A stretch of DNA of 64,000 nt, taken from contig JAAOMT010000109.1 in NCBI GenBank assembly GCA_016748015.1, positions 331,820 through 395,819 of the forward strand. The letters run 5' to 3'. Positions 13,240 through 25,305 of this stretch are shown here, piece after piece; position 1 is the stretch's first letter, and each line of letters opens with the position of its first letter. Source of the stretch: Geosiphon pyriformis uo1. Lineage: Eukaryota; Fungi; Glomeromycota. The translations under genes were made by a program, and so were the position numbers. The notes under the pieces are model-generated. The model worked only from the letters and a program-made list of their open reading frames with translations. It did no database searches and was not told the origin of the DNA.

Positions 13240-13810
13240 CAAATTATTAAAATTGATAGCTAATCAATTTCAAAACATTAATTGAAATTTGAGAGATTTT
13301 TAGTACAATTAATTATTGAATTTGTGTTTTTTAAGTATTTAATCTTTATTTAATTTGTATTAAAAGACTTAATTAAAAATAATTCTAAAGTAAAATAAGA
13401 TAATTTTAACTGGAAAAAAATAAAATATCTTTTCTCAAAAAAAAAAGCTTTTTTTCATATAACTTGTTATAATACTAGTCTATGAACTTAAACTTTTTTT
13501 TGCTATAATTTCGATAAACTAAAAATATATTTTGATAAATTACAAGTTATTTTTACAAATTATAAACTATTTTAGTAAACTATTTATTATTTGGTAAATT
13601 TTTACAAATTTTGACAAATTTTTAAATATTATATAGTTTAAAGTATTGTGTAATTTAATTATTCTAATTTCTATTTATACAAATTAGATTATTATTTAAT
13701 TAGTAATATTTGATAGTTTTAATTAAATAATAAATAATAATTGAAATAATAATAATATATATTAATTAATAATAAAAATTATAAGAATAATTTTATGCTA
13801 ATTAATAGTA
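13240..13810. repeat. Left arm of a long inverted repeat; candidate TIR of a degenerate DNA transposon
   Basis: Reverse-complement similarity to ~32040-32580, including TAAACTAAAAATATATTT, TATTTTAGTAAA and TACAAATTAGATTATTA, with short internal subrepeats. Confidence 0.55.
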
Positions 13811-14759
13811 AAAATTTTACTAATAATAATATATAAAGAGCAGTTAAAGTCTTGTTTATAAATTTTAATAATATATAAAAGTTTGAATACCATATTACAG
13901 CAGTAATATCTCAATTTATATTTCAAATTATTGAATTATTCATAACTTTAACCTTAGTGCCAACTTTCTATTAAGCATAACACACAATTTAATAAATATT
14001 CTGTACAAAATAATAAGCATTTTTTAATACAACTTGGCTATTAACCATAATAAATTATTTACAAACTCCAAAAAAAAGAACTAAACTAAAATATACTGTA
14101 TTATATATAAAAACATTAGCTTTATTATTGCTAGTATTTCTTAAGTAGTCTTTAATCTTTATTTACCTAATTAAAATATTCTTAAATCTGATTAAATTAA
14201 CTATATAACATTTTTTTATCCAATACTTATTTTGAAAATTGGACATATAAAGCTCAAGTTCTAAAACACATACATTTAAAACTACTTGACTGTTAATATG
14301 TACAATTATTAAGCTAAAAGAAGAGACACATTCTAATATTAAAACAATTGTTTATAGTTCTATCAATATAAAAGATAAAAATCTATGTATCTTAATACTT
14401 ATATCTATTCTAATATTAGAAAAATAAACTGCTATATTATTAATAACTTTTGTAGTCTCTAAATATTTTAACAAATTATCTATGTAAATATTAAAAGTAT
14501 TTACTTATAAGTATATAGATGTTTTTAAATATTTGAAAAGCTATGTAAAAAATAAAAGTTTGAACAATTAAAAATAAAACTAATCTTATTAGAATTGACA
14601 AAAAAATTACTCATATAAGCAGAAGCCTTTTTAATTAATTATATTTGTGTTTATAAAATTTTTATTATTAATTAAATAATAAGTAATAAAAATTAAAATA
14701 ATATTACAGCTAAAATTTAAAATAACATTAAAATAATAAATAAATAAATTATTTATTAG

Positions 14760-15158
14760 ATTTTATTGTATTTTATTCTTTGTTTTTTTTATTTAATTTA
14801 TATTTTTTTTTATGTTTAATAAGTAAAACTTAAATACAATCTAATAAAATATATTAAACCAAATAATCTAAACTAAATATAAATTATGTATTTTCTATAT
14901 ATAACTAATTATTTAAACCAGTTAAAACAATATTAAACTTTTATGTAAACAAAAATTCTATTGTTAATACTTAAAAAAAACAGACCAAAAATACATATAT
15001 CAAAACCAATACCAAAAATCTTAGTAATTTTAAGTAATTTAACTACTTTATATAACAAAACAAATAGAAAACTGCAAACAAAGAAAAGTATTAAGCTGTT
15101 TAATAAAATCAAATTCAGTTTTTTATTACAGAATAATATTTAAAACAGAACAGCCATA
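14760..15158 (-). mobile_element. Old LINE copy (LINE-0), 3' part with degenerate poly(A) tail
   Basis: 14815-15158 is a heavily AT-shifted colinear copy of 15187-15530. The T-rich tail lies at 14760-14815. Confidence 0.75.
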
Positions 15159-15304
15159 TTTTATTTTATTTTATTTTTTTATTATTATTTAATAAGTGAG
15201 ATCCAAACACTATTTAGAACTATACATCAAAGAAATGATTTAAACTAAGCATGAATTATGCGTTTTCTACACGTAACCAGCCACTTGAGCCAGTCAGGAC
15301 AACA

Positions 15305-18300
15305 CTATGCATTTATATTAACAGAAACCAGGTTGCTAATACCCAAAAAAAATGAACAAGATTTGTGAAAGCCAAAACAAACACCAAAAGCTTCAGCAAT
15401 ACCAAGCAATTTAATCACACCAGCTAAAAACCCCAAAGCCAAACCAGAAACTAAGACAGAGATCAAGTCATTTACTGAGATTAGGCTATTTTTTTCTATA
15501 AATGCATAATGCTTAACATGGACCAACCAAATGTTATTTCTAAAAGCAAGACAAAATAGAACACACAAAATCAACAATCTTAACACTAACAACTTTGGGA
15601 TTATGAAAGACAGAAATAATCTCCCAAAGCCAATCATTGAAAACAAAACCCTTGTAAAAAGCTAATGAAACCAGGAAGTCCAAAGCACAGATTAACAGCA
15701 TCTGCAACACACCCAAAAAAGGAAGAAAGAGACCAGAAAGCACTCTCCAAGAAGACATACAAGATTCCAAAACCTGATGGCAAGCTGAATCATCAACCAT
15801 ACAAGAAAACACATAATTAGACACTTCTATCTCACCACAATATAAACATAGAACACTAGGATAATATTTATTGTACATGCACTTTTGGATAGCCATGGAA
15901 AGCCAATAGTATAAAGCCTTTATGAGATAAGTTCGAATGTCAGCAGTGAGCCTGCTAGTAAAACCAGTAGCCATATGCAAATCAGAGTGTCAAACTCTGA
16001 AAAAACAAAGCCAATTAACATCTGAATGCAAACCACCATCTAGAAATCTAGAACCAGAACTGACCTCCCAATGCACATGACAAACAGCATGAAAAACATC
16101 ATAGACAAAGTGCCTAGAATTACCAAAAACAACACCACCATCCACCAACAAAAAATGTTCACTAACACAAGAAGGAAGATACCAACCAGAGAAAGACACA
16201 GCATTAGCGATGTTATTAGTGCAATTATTCTCCGGAATACCAGAGTGGCCCTTAATCTTATGCCATTTAACTTTCAAATTCTTGCTGCAAATAACATTCC
16301 TAATATGCCGATGCTTGATCCAACACTAATTGCAAAAATCAGGACACACTAGATCAAACTTTGACCTACAAGCATCCAAAGCTGTCTGACTATCCAAAAA
16401 CAGGTGAACAGAATGAGCTGCAGGCACACACTCTAAAGCCAATACTATAGCCTGCAGCTCTGTCAAAGTAGATGATAATAAGCCATAAACACCGACACCT
16501 AAACCCAAATTAATGTTCTCAAAAAAAGCAGCAGCTTCAGTCTTACAACCAACCATACCCAAATTTTTCAATGAACTATTCGTGTACACAGACAAGCTAT
16601 TAGTGCCAATCTGAGAAAGGCGATTACAGATAGACACAAAATTAGTAGAACCACAAATGTCCAGAGGGCCAGCATTAGCCAACACTAATAGAGAGTAATA
16701 AGGAGCCTCAAGAAATGCAACAGAAAGATCAAACCATTTGGGAACTGGACCATGAGGGTCCAGCCTCTTCCATCGCTTAAAGATGTGCCAGCTAAAAACA
16801 CCACCATTATGATCACGAAGCTGGTTCACGAAGGCAACACCATAATGCCAGAGAGAACATAAAAATTTGCAAAACAAAGACTTGTCAAGAACAACTGACA
16901 TAAGTACTCTACTGTGAAACCAGAAAGAGCTGGCCAAAGAGCCGCCCAAAGACAACTTGCAGTCAAAAAGAATGTGAATCATACCAGCTAAGAAATTATT
17001 AGAAACATTGACACAAATATGAACAGAGAAAACCAATGGATGAACAGGTTGCCAACACAGAACCTGTAAGTTATGAGATCTGTGACTGAACAAACACCCC
17101 AAAATTCCATCAGAGTTTGCAAAACTAACAAATAAAGCAACCTTGTTCTCAGATTGACACTACAAAAAAAACTTTAAGCCATAAAAAAAGGGGTGGTGAA
17201 TTGTATCACTAGAAAAATCCAGCAGAAGACCAGATTTCAGTTTTAAGCACCTGCAAATCAAAGCATCCCATTTGTTGCATACACTAACAGGAACAAAGCT
17301 AAACTGTGTTCTATAGCCAACAATAAGATAAAAGACCACCAAAACCAAATACAAGAACTGTTTATCTGAGACAGCTTTTTTCAAAACCAAATTAGTGAAA
17401 AAACAAACATCTAAATGCACTCTCACTAAACTAAGTTTAGAAAAGCCCTCAGTTGAAAGAAAAATACCCAAGTATCGATGAGACTCCTCTTTTTTGGCAA
17501 CTAAAATAGGCAGACTACTGATAGAAAGAAAAGGATTGCTGACTCTGCTGTTAATAAAAATTGCCACTGTTTTGTCATTGTTAATTGAGATGTTATTGAT
17601 CTAAAAAAATTCACTGGCAACATTAAGAATATGTTGAGTAGCACTTAGACTGCTACCAACCCAAATCGTATCATCAACAAAGGCACCAGTAGCAAAAAAA
17701 AAAGAATGTCCAACCCAAGATTCGGCACGACAATTTTTAGAAATAAAATGAGAATTCAGTCTATATCTATATACACTCTCCTAACGCTTGACTTTACACA
17801 ACAAAGGATTATAAAATATTCACCACAAAAGAGGGGAGAAAACTTCTCCTTGGTCCAGGCCATTATGTACATGATAACTATTCATTAAACCAAAATCTGT
17901 CATAACCCAATTGGTACGATTATTGTGAATGTTGCCAAAAAAGTGAATGAATTTGCTACACATCTTAATCCTGATCAAACTATTTTTAAGATGTTCTTAG
18001 CCAACTGAATCATATGCTTTCTGCATGTCTTATAGAACCAGCCAAAGCTCTCGGTCTTTTTCCAAAGCATCTTCTATCACTGAACCAATTGTAAAAATAG
18101 GAGATTGAGTTGTCATACCATTTAAAACTGAGAAATTGTTTCCATGAAAGACATCAAAAGCACTACACGCTGAGGAGATTCTGTTAAAAAGAATTTTAGA
18201 AAGAATTTTACAAGCCATTTTGATCAAAGCAATAGGACAAGTATTGATCAAAACACCCTCTCACTTATACAGTTTGGGAATTATTGAGACCCAGGCCTTT

Positions 18301-19984
18301 TTTCAAGGGCCAGGCACCAATTCACCAGACAGACAAAGGTTCAAAATCACCAAAAGCATATCCAGAACAGACTTATCGCAATGTTTCCAAAGTTTGTTTG
18401 AGATACCAGACAAACCAGCAGCTTTGCCATCAGGCAGTTCAGAAACCACCCCAAAAAATTTATCAAAACCAATCAGGCACATCACACCAGAAAAGGCTTC
18501 ATCAAAAACATATTTCAAAGGTTGATATTGACAGTGCCAATCAATTAAGATATCATTAGCAACATAATGCTTTCTGGTCCATCCCTCCATGATCACATTC
18601 ACCTTAGACTTAACCAGATTAGGCTCCAAAATCAGATCATTATTAACCATCAGATAGTCTAGCACCACTTTATGGAAAGAATGCTCCAGTACACTCCTGA
18701 TTATATGACTCTTATTGACTTTGAAGCTCTCCATTCTCTTATCAATGGCAGACTTGATGTTAACTTTCTTAGTTCTCAAAGATTCAGTAAATTTGGAAGC
18801 ATGGTAAGACTTTCTAGCACCAAAAAGAGCAGAACAAATATGATCAGAATCAGCTCCAGAGTCCACTAGATTTTGAACAACAGAAGACTTGACATTGTCT
18901 ACAAAACTTCAACATTTCATAAGATAAACAAAGTATCCAGCATCTTCTCCACATAAAGCCTTGACAATCCTAAAAACCAAAAGCTCCAATTTATGAAACT
19001 TTGAAAAATTTTTGGTGAAAACTTCATCAAACTCTCTGAACCACTTTTTTTGAAAATTTTATTAGCCAAAAGAGTCATAACTTTGCACACAACACACCAT
19101 ATAGCATCCAAATCTGAAAACCTTATAGATGCAGCAAATTTATCTGAGAACATTGTAATATTGACCAGTGTAAAACTTTTAAAATTATTCTATTTAATCT
19201 CATCAGCATCCTTGAAATTGAACTTTCATCAATCCTTATTTATTTGTTTGTAAAGAGAGTTCAATTTTACATCTAAAAGACCACCCAAACTCAAAGAAAC
19301 AGAAACAGCTCTGTAATTCATATCAAAATGGTCACTGACAACGAAAACATTGCACTGTATTATTGTATTTACCAGATTTGAGGAAACAAATACATAATCA
19401 ATAGTCTTGGCAACACTCCGAGAATTGCTCTAAGTTGGTGCCTTAGCAAAGAAGCTCCCACTCAAAGAATTAATCAAACCCAAATCATGGCACTTTTTAA
19501 AACTAGCACACTTATGAAAACCATCTTCGTTGAAATCACCACCAAGAATAACAAAAAAAGATTCATTTACAGCTCTTGCAATCAAAGAATTGATCTCATC
19601 AGCCTGGGAAAATTGAGTAGTCAAAGAGGCACCAGCATACAGCCCCAGAATCGAAACCAAAAGTTTATTTTTGAAAAGTAACCTAATGCAGAGAAGACAA
19701 CCTGAGACCTCAGAAACCTTATATACATGTCTAGCCAAAGATCTGTTCATAATAATCATGACATCAGCATTCATATAGCCAGAGTCCAAACCAGAAGAAA
19801 ACATGCAAACACCATCAAATTTGTCAACTAACCAAGAATGAGCCTTATTTTTCAACTTTGTTTCCATAAAAATTGAAACCAAATTGTTCATATTTTTATG
19901 CCATCAAATGATATCATCCTGTTTTGCAGGAATGTTTATACCTTTAACATTACACATAGCAACTCTTCACATGAGATTACTCAT
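15305..19984 (-). pseudogene. LINE ORF2 (endonuclease-reverse transcriptase-RNase H), interrupted by nonsense mutations
   Basis: ORF fragments 19430-19891, 18303-18866, 18030-18251, 17160-17567, 16326-17102, 15990-16277, 15540-15980 and 15305-15646 lie in domain order. Confidence 0.9.
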
Positions 19985-21786
19985 TGAGAAGAAGTTAGAG
20001 AAGTGACACCACCAACCAATGCCAAACTATCAAAGTGAGCAGACAAGCTCAACACAGACCTGAAGAGACCATCTAGCATTTCTTTCAGTTTAACAACATG
20101 AGAGGATGCTGTCGAGTTTACAATTGGAACAATCTTGTCACTAGTGACTTCACCCAAACCCACTCCCATCACTATATTCTCCCCTTGATTCTGTGATGGG
20201 GAGGTTACCAACAGCTGACATCCAGAGCTAGACTGGAAAACTGTCAGCATGAGTGACTCCAATCTCTTAGCCAACTCACTAATCTGTCCCGCAAGACTAA
20301 CAAGACTGCATTCAATACCAACCAGACATGATTCCAAGTTGTTTACAACCAGAGAAAAGAGTTTACCAATTTTATTGAAACCAAGAGACATACCAGCACC
20401 ATGAGAAGTGTGTACAGAAGAAGCACCAACTACTAATACCCAAGTTTTACCACCAAAAGCCAAAGGGCAAAAAATAGGCACAGACTTTTTCACATAAATC
20501 CTAGCCAACCTGAACTGGTCTTAAGCCAAAAAGAAAGCCTTTCTGCTGCCCAGAGCCACAGCATCCTTAACTGACCGACAACTAAGAGATGTATGACCAA
20601 AATCTTTACAAACTGTACATGAAGTCTGAAAGAGATGAGACCAGTAAAGACCAACACCCTTTATAACTAAAGTCGTTGTTATAACACCAACCAAATCTGA
20701 CTCAGAGTCAAAGCACACAGTAACACAGTGGGCACGAGAATAACTGATAGAATTACAATCAATAAAGCAAGTTTTCTTACCAACAGAACCAATAAAATCT
20801 CACAAATTATGAGCAGTAGTTCTCATGAGGAGAGTATACAGCAAGGCTTTGAAACTATCTCGGGCATCCCATGACTGTTTGTTAATGTCAGCTCTGGCCA
20901 CTTGTACCACATCTTTTCTGATTAAGATGGACTATTTAGCAGCTAACAGATCAGCTTGATTCTGATCTTCCAATTCAATGATTGCTTTCTGCCACAAACC
21001 TACCAGTTGCATTTTGATCATCTTAATTACCCCAAATTCGGATACAGCCATGTGTACAGTCTCCACAGATGTTTCCACTGGGATTTCTTTTATTACAATT
21101 GCCCAATTTGTATGATTGTTGCCAGAGCGCTTAAGATTAATGTTTACTATAACACTATGATCATTTGCCAATTTTGCTGCAGTCATCATTGCCTCATCAG
21201 AAATAAAAGAAGTCCAAATTATTCTACCAAATTTTGAAGGGGTAGAGACCCTCCCAAAACCATTTACACCAAAGAAAATTTTTCTGACATAAGCTAATTT
21301 CTCCTGAGACAACTTGCCAGTTACCACTCTAAGATCAATATCCAGAGCAAAAAATTTCCTGACTGAGACCTGCACTGTATGTTTGAGAGAGAGAGAGGGA
21401 GGGAGAGAGAGTGACCCATCCAAAATATCATCATTATTATCATTTTTTATGCCGAAGTTAATAGTGCCAAGAGGCTTTCCAAGAGTACACTTGGTAACAA
21501 TTCTTTTGGGATCTTTAGGCATCATATCAGTATCAATACTACCAGACTCTTCTCTACTTTTTTGTTTGAAGCTAGTTTTTTCCACCAGACATTCTTTTTC
21601 CATGTCAATGCTATTAGACTCAGTGGTATTACCAGTCTTTGAACTCCATGAACAACTATTCTGAACCTTAAAACTAACAATCTTACTACCAGAACCATCT
21701 TTTAAAGCACTATCTTTCCTCTTCTTTCTTGGAAGAATGGGCTTAAAGTCATTATTAAAACCAGAAACTTTAGCAGTTTTTTTCAT
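19981..21786 (-). pseudogene. LINE ORF1 (RRM-like region, CCHC knuckle, coiled coil)
   Basis: Fragments 20932-21912, 20521-20718 (CTVCKDFGHTSLSC) and 19981-20508. Homologous to ORF1 at 32736-34530. Confidence 0.85.
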
Positions 21787-21947
21787 AACAGCAATACTAC
21801 AGCCAACAGTAACCTTGTAGTCAAGAATAAAGAGTTTGGATTTATCATACTGAATTGTAAAAATAACTTCTTTTTCAAAAAACTTTGACTCTTTTTTGAG
21901 AATTTTGGACAAAAGAAAGAAAGAAGTTTTTTAGAAATTAAACCATA

Positions 21948-24305
21948 ATTTTTTTATTTTATTTTTATATACTAAAACCAAATAATATATAAAATTCACA
22001 ATTTTATTAATTGCAATTTTAAAATTCTTGAAAACAGAAAAAAATTTTATATATCAATTTCTAAGAACAAAATTTTTATACAGAATTATATATACTATAA
22101 TATTAAATTATTACAATAAAATTAATTAAAATACATATAATAAAAATTTGCACAAATTAAAAAAAAAATTTTATATAATAATTTAAAAATTTAATAAAAT
22201 TTTTCAAGCAACAAAATCTATTATACATAGAAAAAATAATTAAAAAGTTTTATATTATCATAAAAAAACATAATATATTATAATATTTATTATAAAAATA
22301 TTTACAGATAATTATAAACAATTAATAATATAAAATTTTATAAAATAGAAATAAATATCAATAATAATTTAACTTATATAATTAGTTATTATATAAAAAT
22401 TAGAATATTATATTAAAAATAACTTAATTCAATTAATATCTTTAATTAAATTATAATTTAAAATATTAATATTAGAATTAACTTCTTAATAAACATGATA
22501 GATTGACTAAAAAATTTTCTAAACAAAATATTTTATATTATTAAATATATATATACTTTTAATCTTTAAAATATTTTTTAAATAATAATTAGAAGTATTA
22601 TATTTAAAAAAACACAATATTAATCAGTTTATTAGTCTTATTATTATTAAAAATACTAAAATAGTTTTTAATTTTAAATTATAACACATGTAGTTTTTTT
22701 TAATAATATTTATAATATAATATTATTCTATTTAATAACAAATATAAAAATTTGGTAAAATTAAAACCAGCTTTAAAAAGCATATATTTAAAATTATTTA
22801 ACTGTTTAATAATATAGTAATTATATAAAAAAAACACATTTCAAAACTAATACAATAGTTTATAATTCAACCAAAATAGATAAAATAAAACCAAAAACTC
22901 TGATTTTAATATTTAAATTCATATTATAAAAGAATACTACAGTATTAGTTTTTATGTTAATCAAGTCCAAATTTTTTAAAAAGTTATTAATATAAACAAA
23001 AAACATAAAAAATTAATATTTAGCAACTTATAATATATTAAAAAAAATTTATTTAAACTTAATATACTTAAATATTAGAAATTTATTGTAAAAAAATCTT
23101 AAAAATAAGCTAAATATATCAAAAATACAATTATTAAAACAAACTAATTAGAAATTAGATCATAAAAGTTTAATTTTTTTTAATATTAAAAGCTTTTTTA
23201 ATTAAAAATTTTACTATTTTTATCATGTAGTTGCTTAAATAAGTAAAAAACATTAAAAAAACTAAATTTTTAAGACCTATTAACATTAAAATATCTTTTA
23301 TAAATCAAAAAATAAAGAGTAAAATATTACTTAAAAACAAATTATGATTACAAAAAATTCTAACTATCTTAACCAAAAAATTATTTACTAGATTGACTTT
23401 AAGATAAACAAAAATAAACAAAAAATAAATAAAGAATTAGCTCAAAATCTGCAAATTCAAAAACCAATAATTAAAGCTTATTATTGAAGACACTTTGTTT
23501 TTAATTTGTATTTGCTCAAAAAACTTTAAGTCATATAAAAAAAGATAATAAATTATATTATTAAGAAAATTCATTAACAATTTAAACTTAGATTTCAAAC
23601 TCTTTTTTATTAAAGTATTTTTAATATATATATTAAAAAAAATAAAATTAAACTGAAACTTATAGTTAATAATTGAATATAATACTATAGAAACTAAATA
23701 AAAAAATTATTTATTTGAAATAGTTTTTTTTAAAATCTTATTAACAAAAAATTTTACATTTAAATAAGTCTTAATCAGATTAAGTTTTGACAAATTATCT
23801 ATAAACAAAAAAATTTTCAAGTATTTTGGAATTTATTTTTTTTGGTAATTAAAATATATAAGCTACAAATAGATAATAAAAAAATACTGGCTTTGTAATT
23901 AATAAAAATAGCCACTATTTTATTATTATTGATTAAAATATTATTAATTTTAAAAAAACTTATTAACAATATCCAAAATATATTATATTGTTATTTAATT
24001 ATTACTAATCTAAATTATATTATTAATGAAAGCTCTAATTATGAAAAAAGATATCAGATTAGCTTGGCTCTTAATTTAGTTTGTTTTGACCACAAATTTG
24101 AAATCTATATTATATTTACATATTATTCTGTTTCTTGATTTTACACCAAAAAAAATTATACAATATATGCCAAAAAAAAAACCACTTTATTTTAATCTAA
24201 ATTATTATGTATATAATATTCATTTATTAAATTAAAGTCAGTTATAATTTTATTAACTTTATTATTGTAAATTTTACCAAAATATTTAATAGATCTCTTA
24301 TACAT
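21948..24305 (-). mobile_element. LINE-0, middle part (RNase H to RT), extremely AT-shifted
   Basis: Colinear with 15535-17963 of LINE-1, e.g. AAAAACTTTAAGTCATATAAAAAAAGATAATAAATT (~23519) vs AAAAACTTTAAGCCATAAAAAAAGGGGTGGTGAATT (~17167). Confidence 0.75.
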
Positions 24306-25178
24306 TATTATAGGATGGTTTTCTTGGTATATTTAATTGCCAATATCTCATTTTTTTTGCAATCAGTCTCTCGTGAGTTCCTTAATTCTATTTGTGTGAT
24401 AATGTTACTGTTATACTAAAGGCTTTCTCTTTAATGTTGTAATGTAAGTTATTTCTCAATTCCTAATTGTTGTGTGTGTTTATGTACTCCTTCTCAGAAG
24501 CTGAACTGAAATCTACTTACTGTCTAGGGTCTTTTCTGAGGCTATCCTTGCAATTGCCTGATGTGTTTCTCTAATCTAAAAACATAGAATGTTAATAGCC
24601 TTTAGCACTTTTCTTAATTTTCACAATAAAGCTTTTATCAATTAGTAACAATGTAAATAATCTTGATCAGAGATTATTCTTCCAAAAAATTCAACTGATG
24701 AATGATAATTTCATTTAATAATTAACACAAGTGAGTTTCTTACTACTTTGGGGTTGTGATAATTCAGTTTTAAATATTCTTTTTCATTTTTTTTTGATTT
24801 AAAAGTTTCTTAGAATATTTAATTTAAAGATACAATTTAAAGTGGAGTTTGTCAGATAAATTGGATCTATTGCTTGATAAATTATGATTTTTATTACTTA
24901 ATTGACTTTTCTCAATATTAAAGCTACTATATATATACATGTTTGTAGTCTATGAGAAAACACATTGTAATACTTTTTTTTTGATATTTCAACCTAGTGT
25001 TTGCTGCTATTACCAATTGGTGTTAACTGTTATTGTAAACTGGTGCTTGCCACTATCGTGAGATAGTGTTTGCTACTATGTTAATTATTATCTTTTTAAG
25101 ATTATTACTGCACTATATTATGATTGAATAGTTTATATTATTTTTATGATTCTTTTGCTAAATTCTTAAACCATAACA
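24306..25178 (-). repeat. 3' LTR of Gypsy-1
   Basis: 873-bp direct repeat of 31064-31937. Termini are T(G>A)TTAT...CCATAACA, short inverted repeats. Confidence 0.95.
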
Positions 25179-25194
25179 TTATCCTCTCCTTTTA
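25179..25194 (-). other. Polypurine tract of Gypsy-1
   Basis: AAAAGGAGAGGATAA immediately precedes TGTTATGG on the minus strand. Confidence 0.85.
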
Positions 25195-25305
25195 AGATTG
25201 AGTTCTATTGAAATCGAAGTTAATTTCTTCATTAAATTCTAAGTTACTATAGTGGTTTAATACTGTGTTATTAATTTGTTGTTGTGGTGGGTGGGTTGGT
25301 GATTT

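Larger units (their letters stand above)
15159..21940 (-). mobile_element. Near full-length non-LTR retrotransposon (LINE-1 of this window): ORF1 plus ORF2 (APE-RT-RNase H-CCHC), inserted in LINE-0
   Basis: A-rich tail at 15159-15190. Domains: APE (CNVKG, ETKL, ILGGDFN, IDYVF), RT (FVDDTIW ~17660-17680), RNase H (VYT[D>N]SS, ELQAI, FLDSQ, WHKIKGHSG), C-terminal CLYCGE..VFSC. Candidate TSD is AGCCATA (15152-15158) / AACCATA (21941-21947). Confidence 0.92.
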
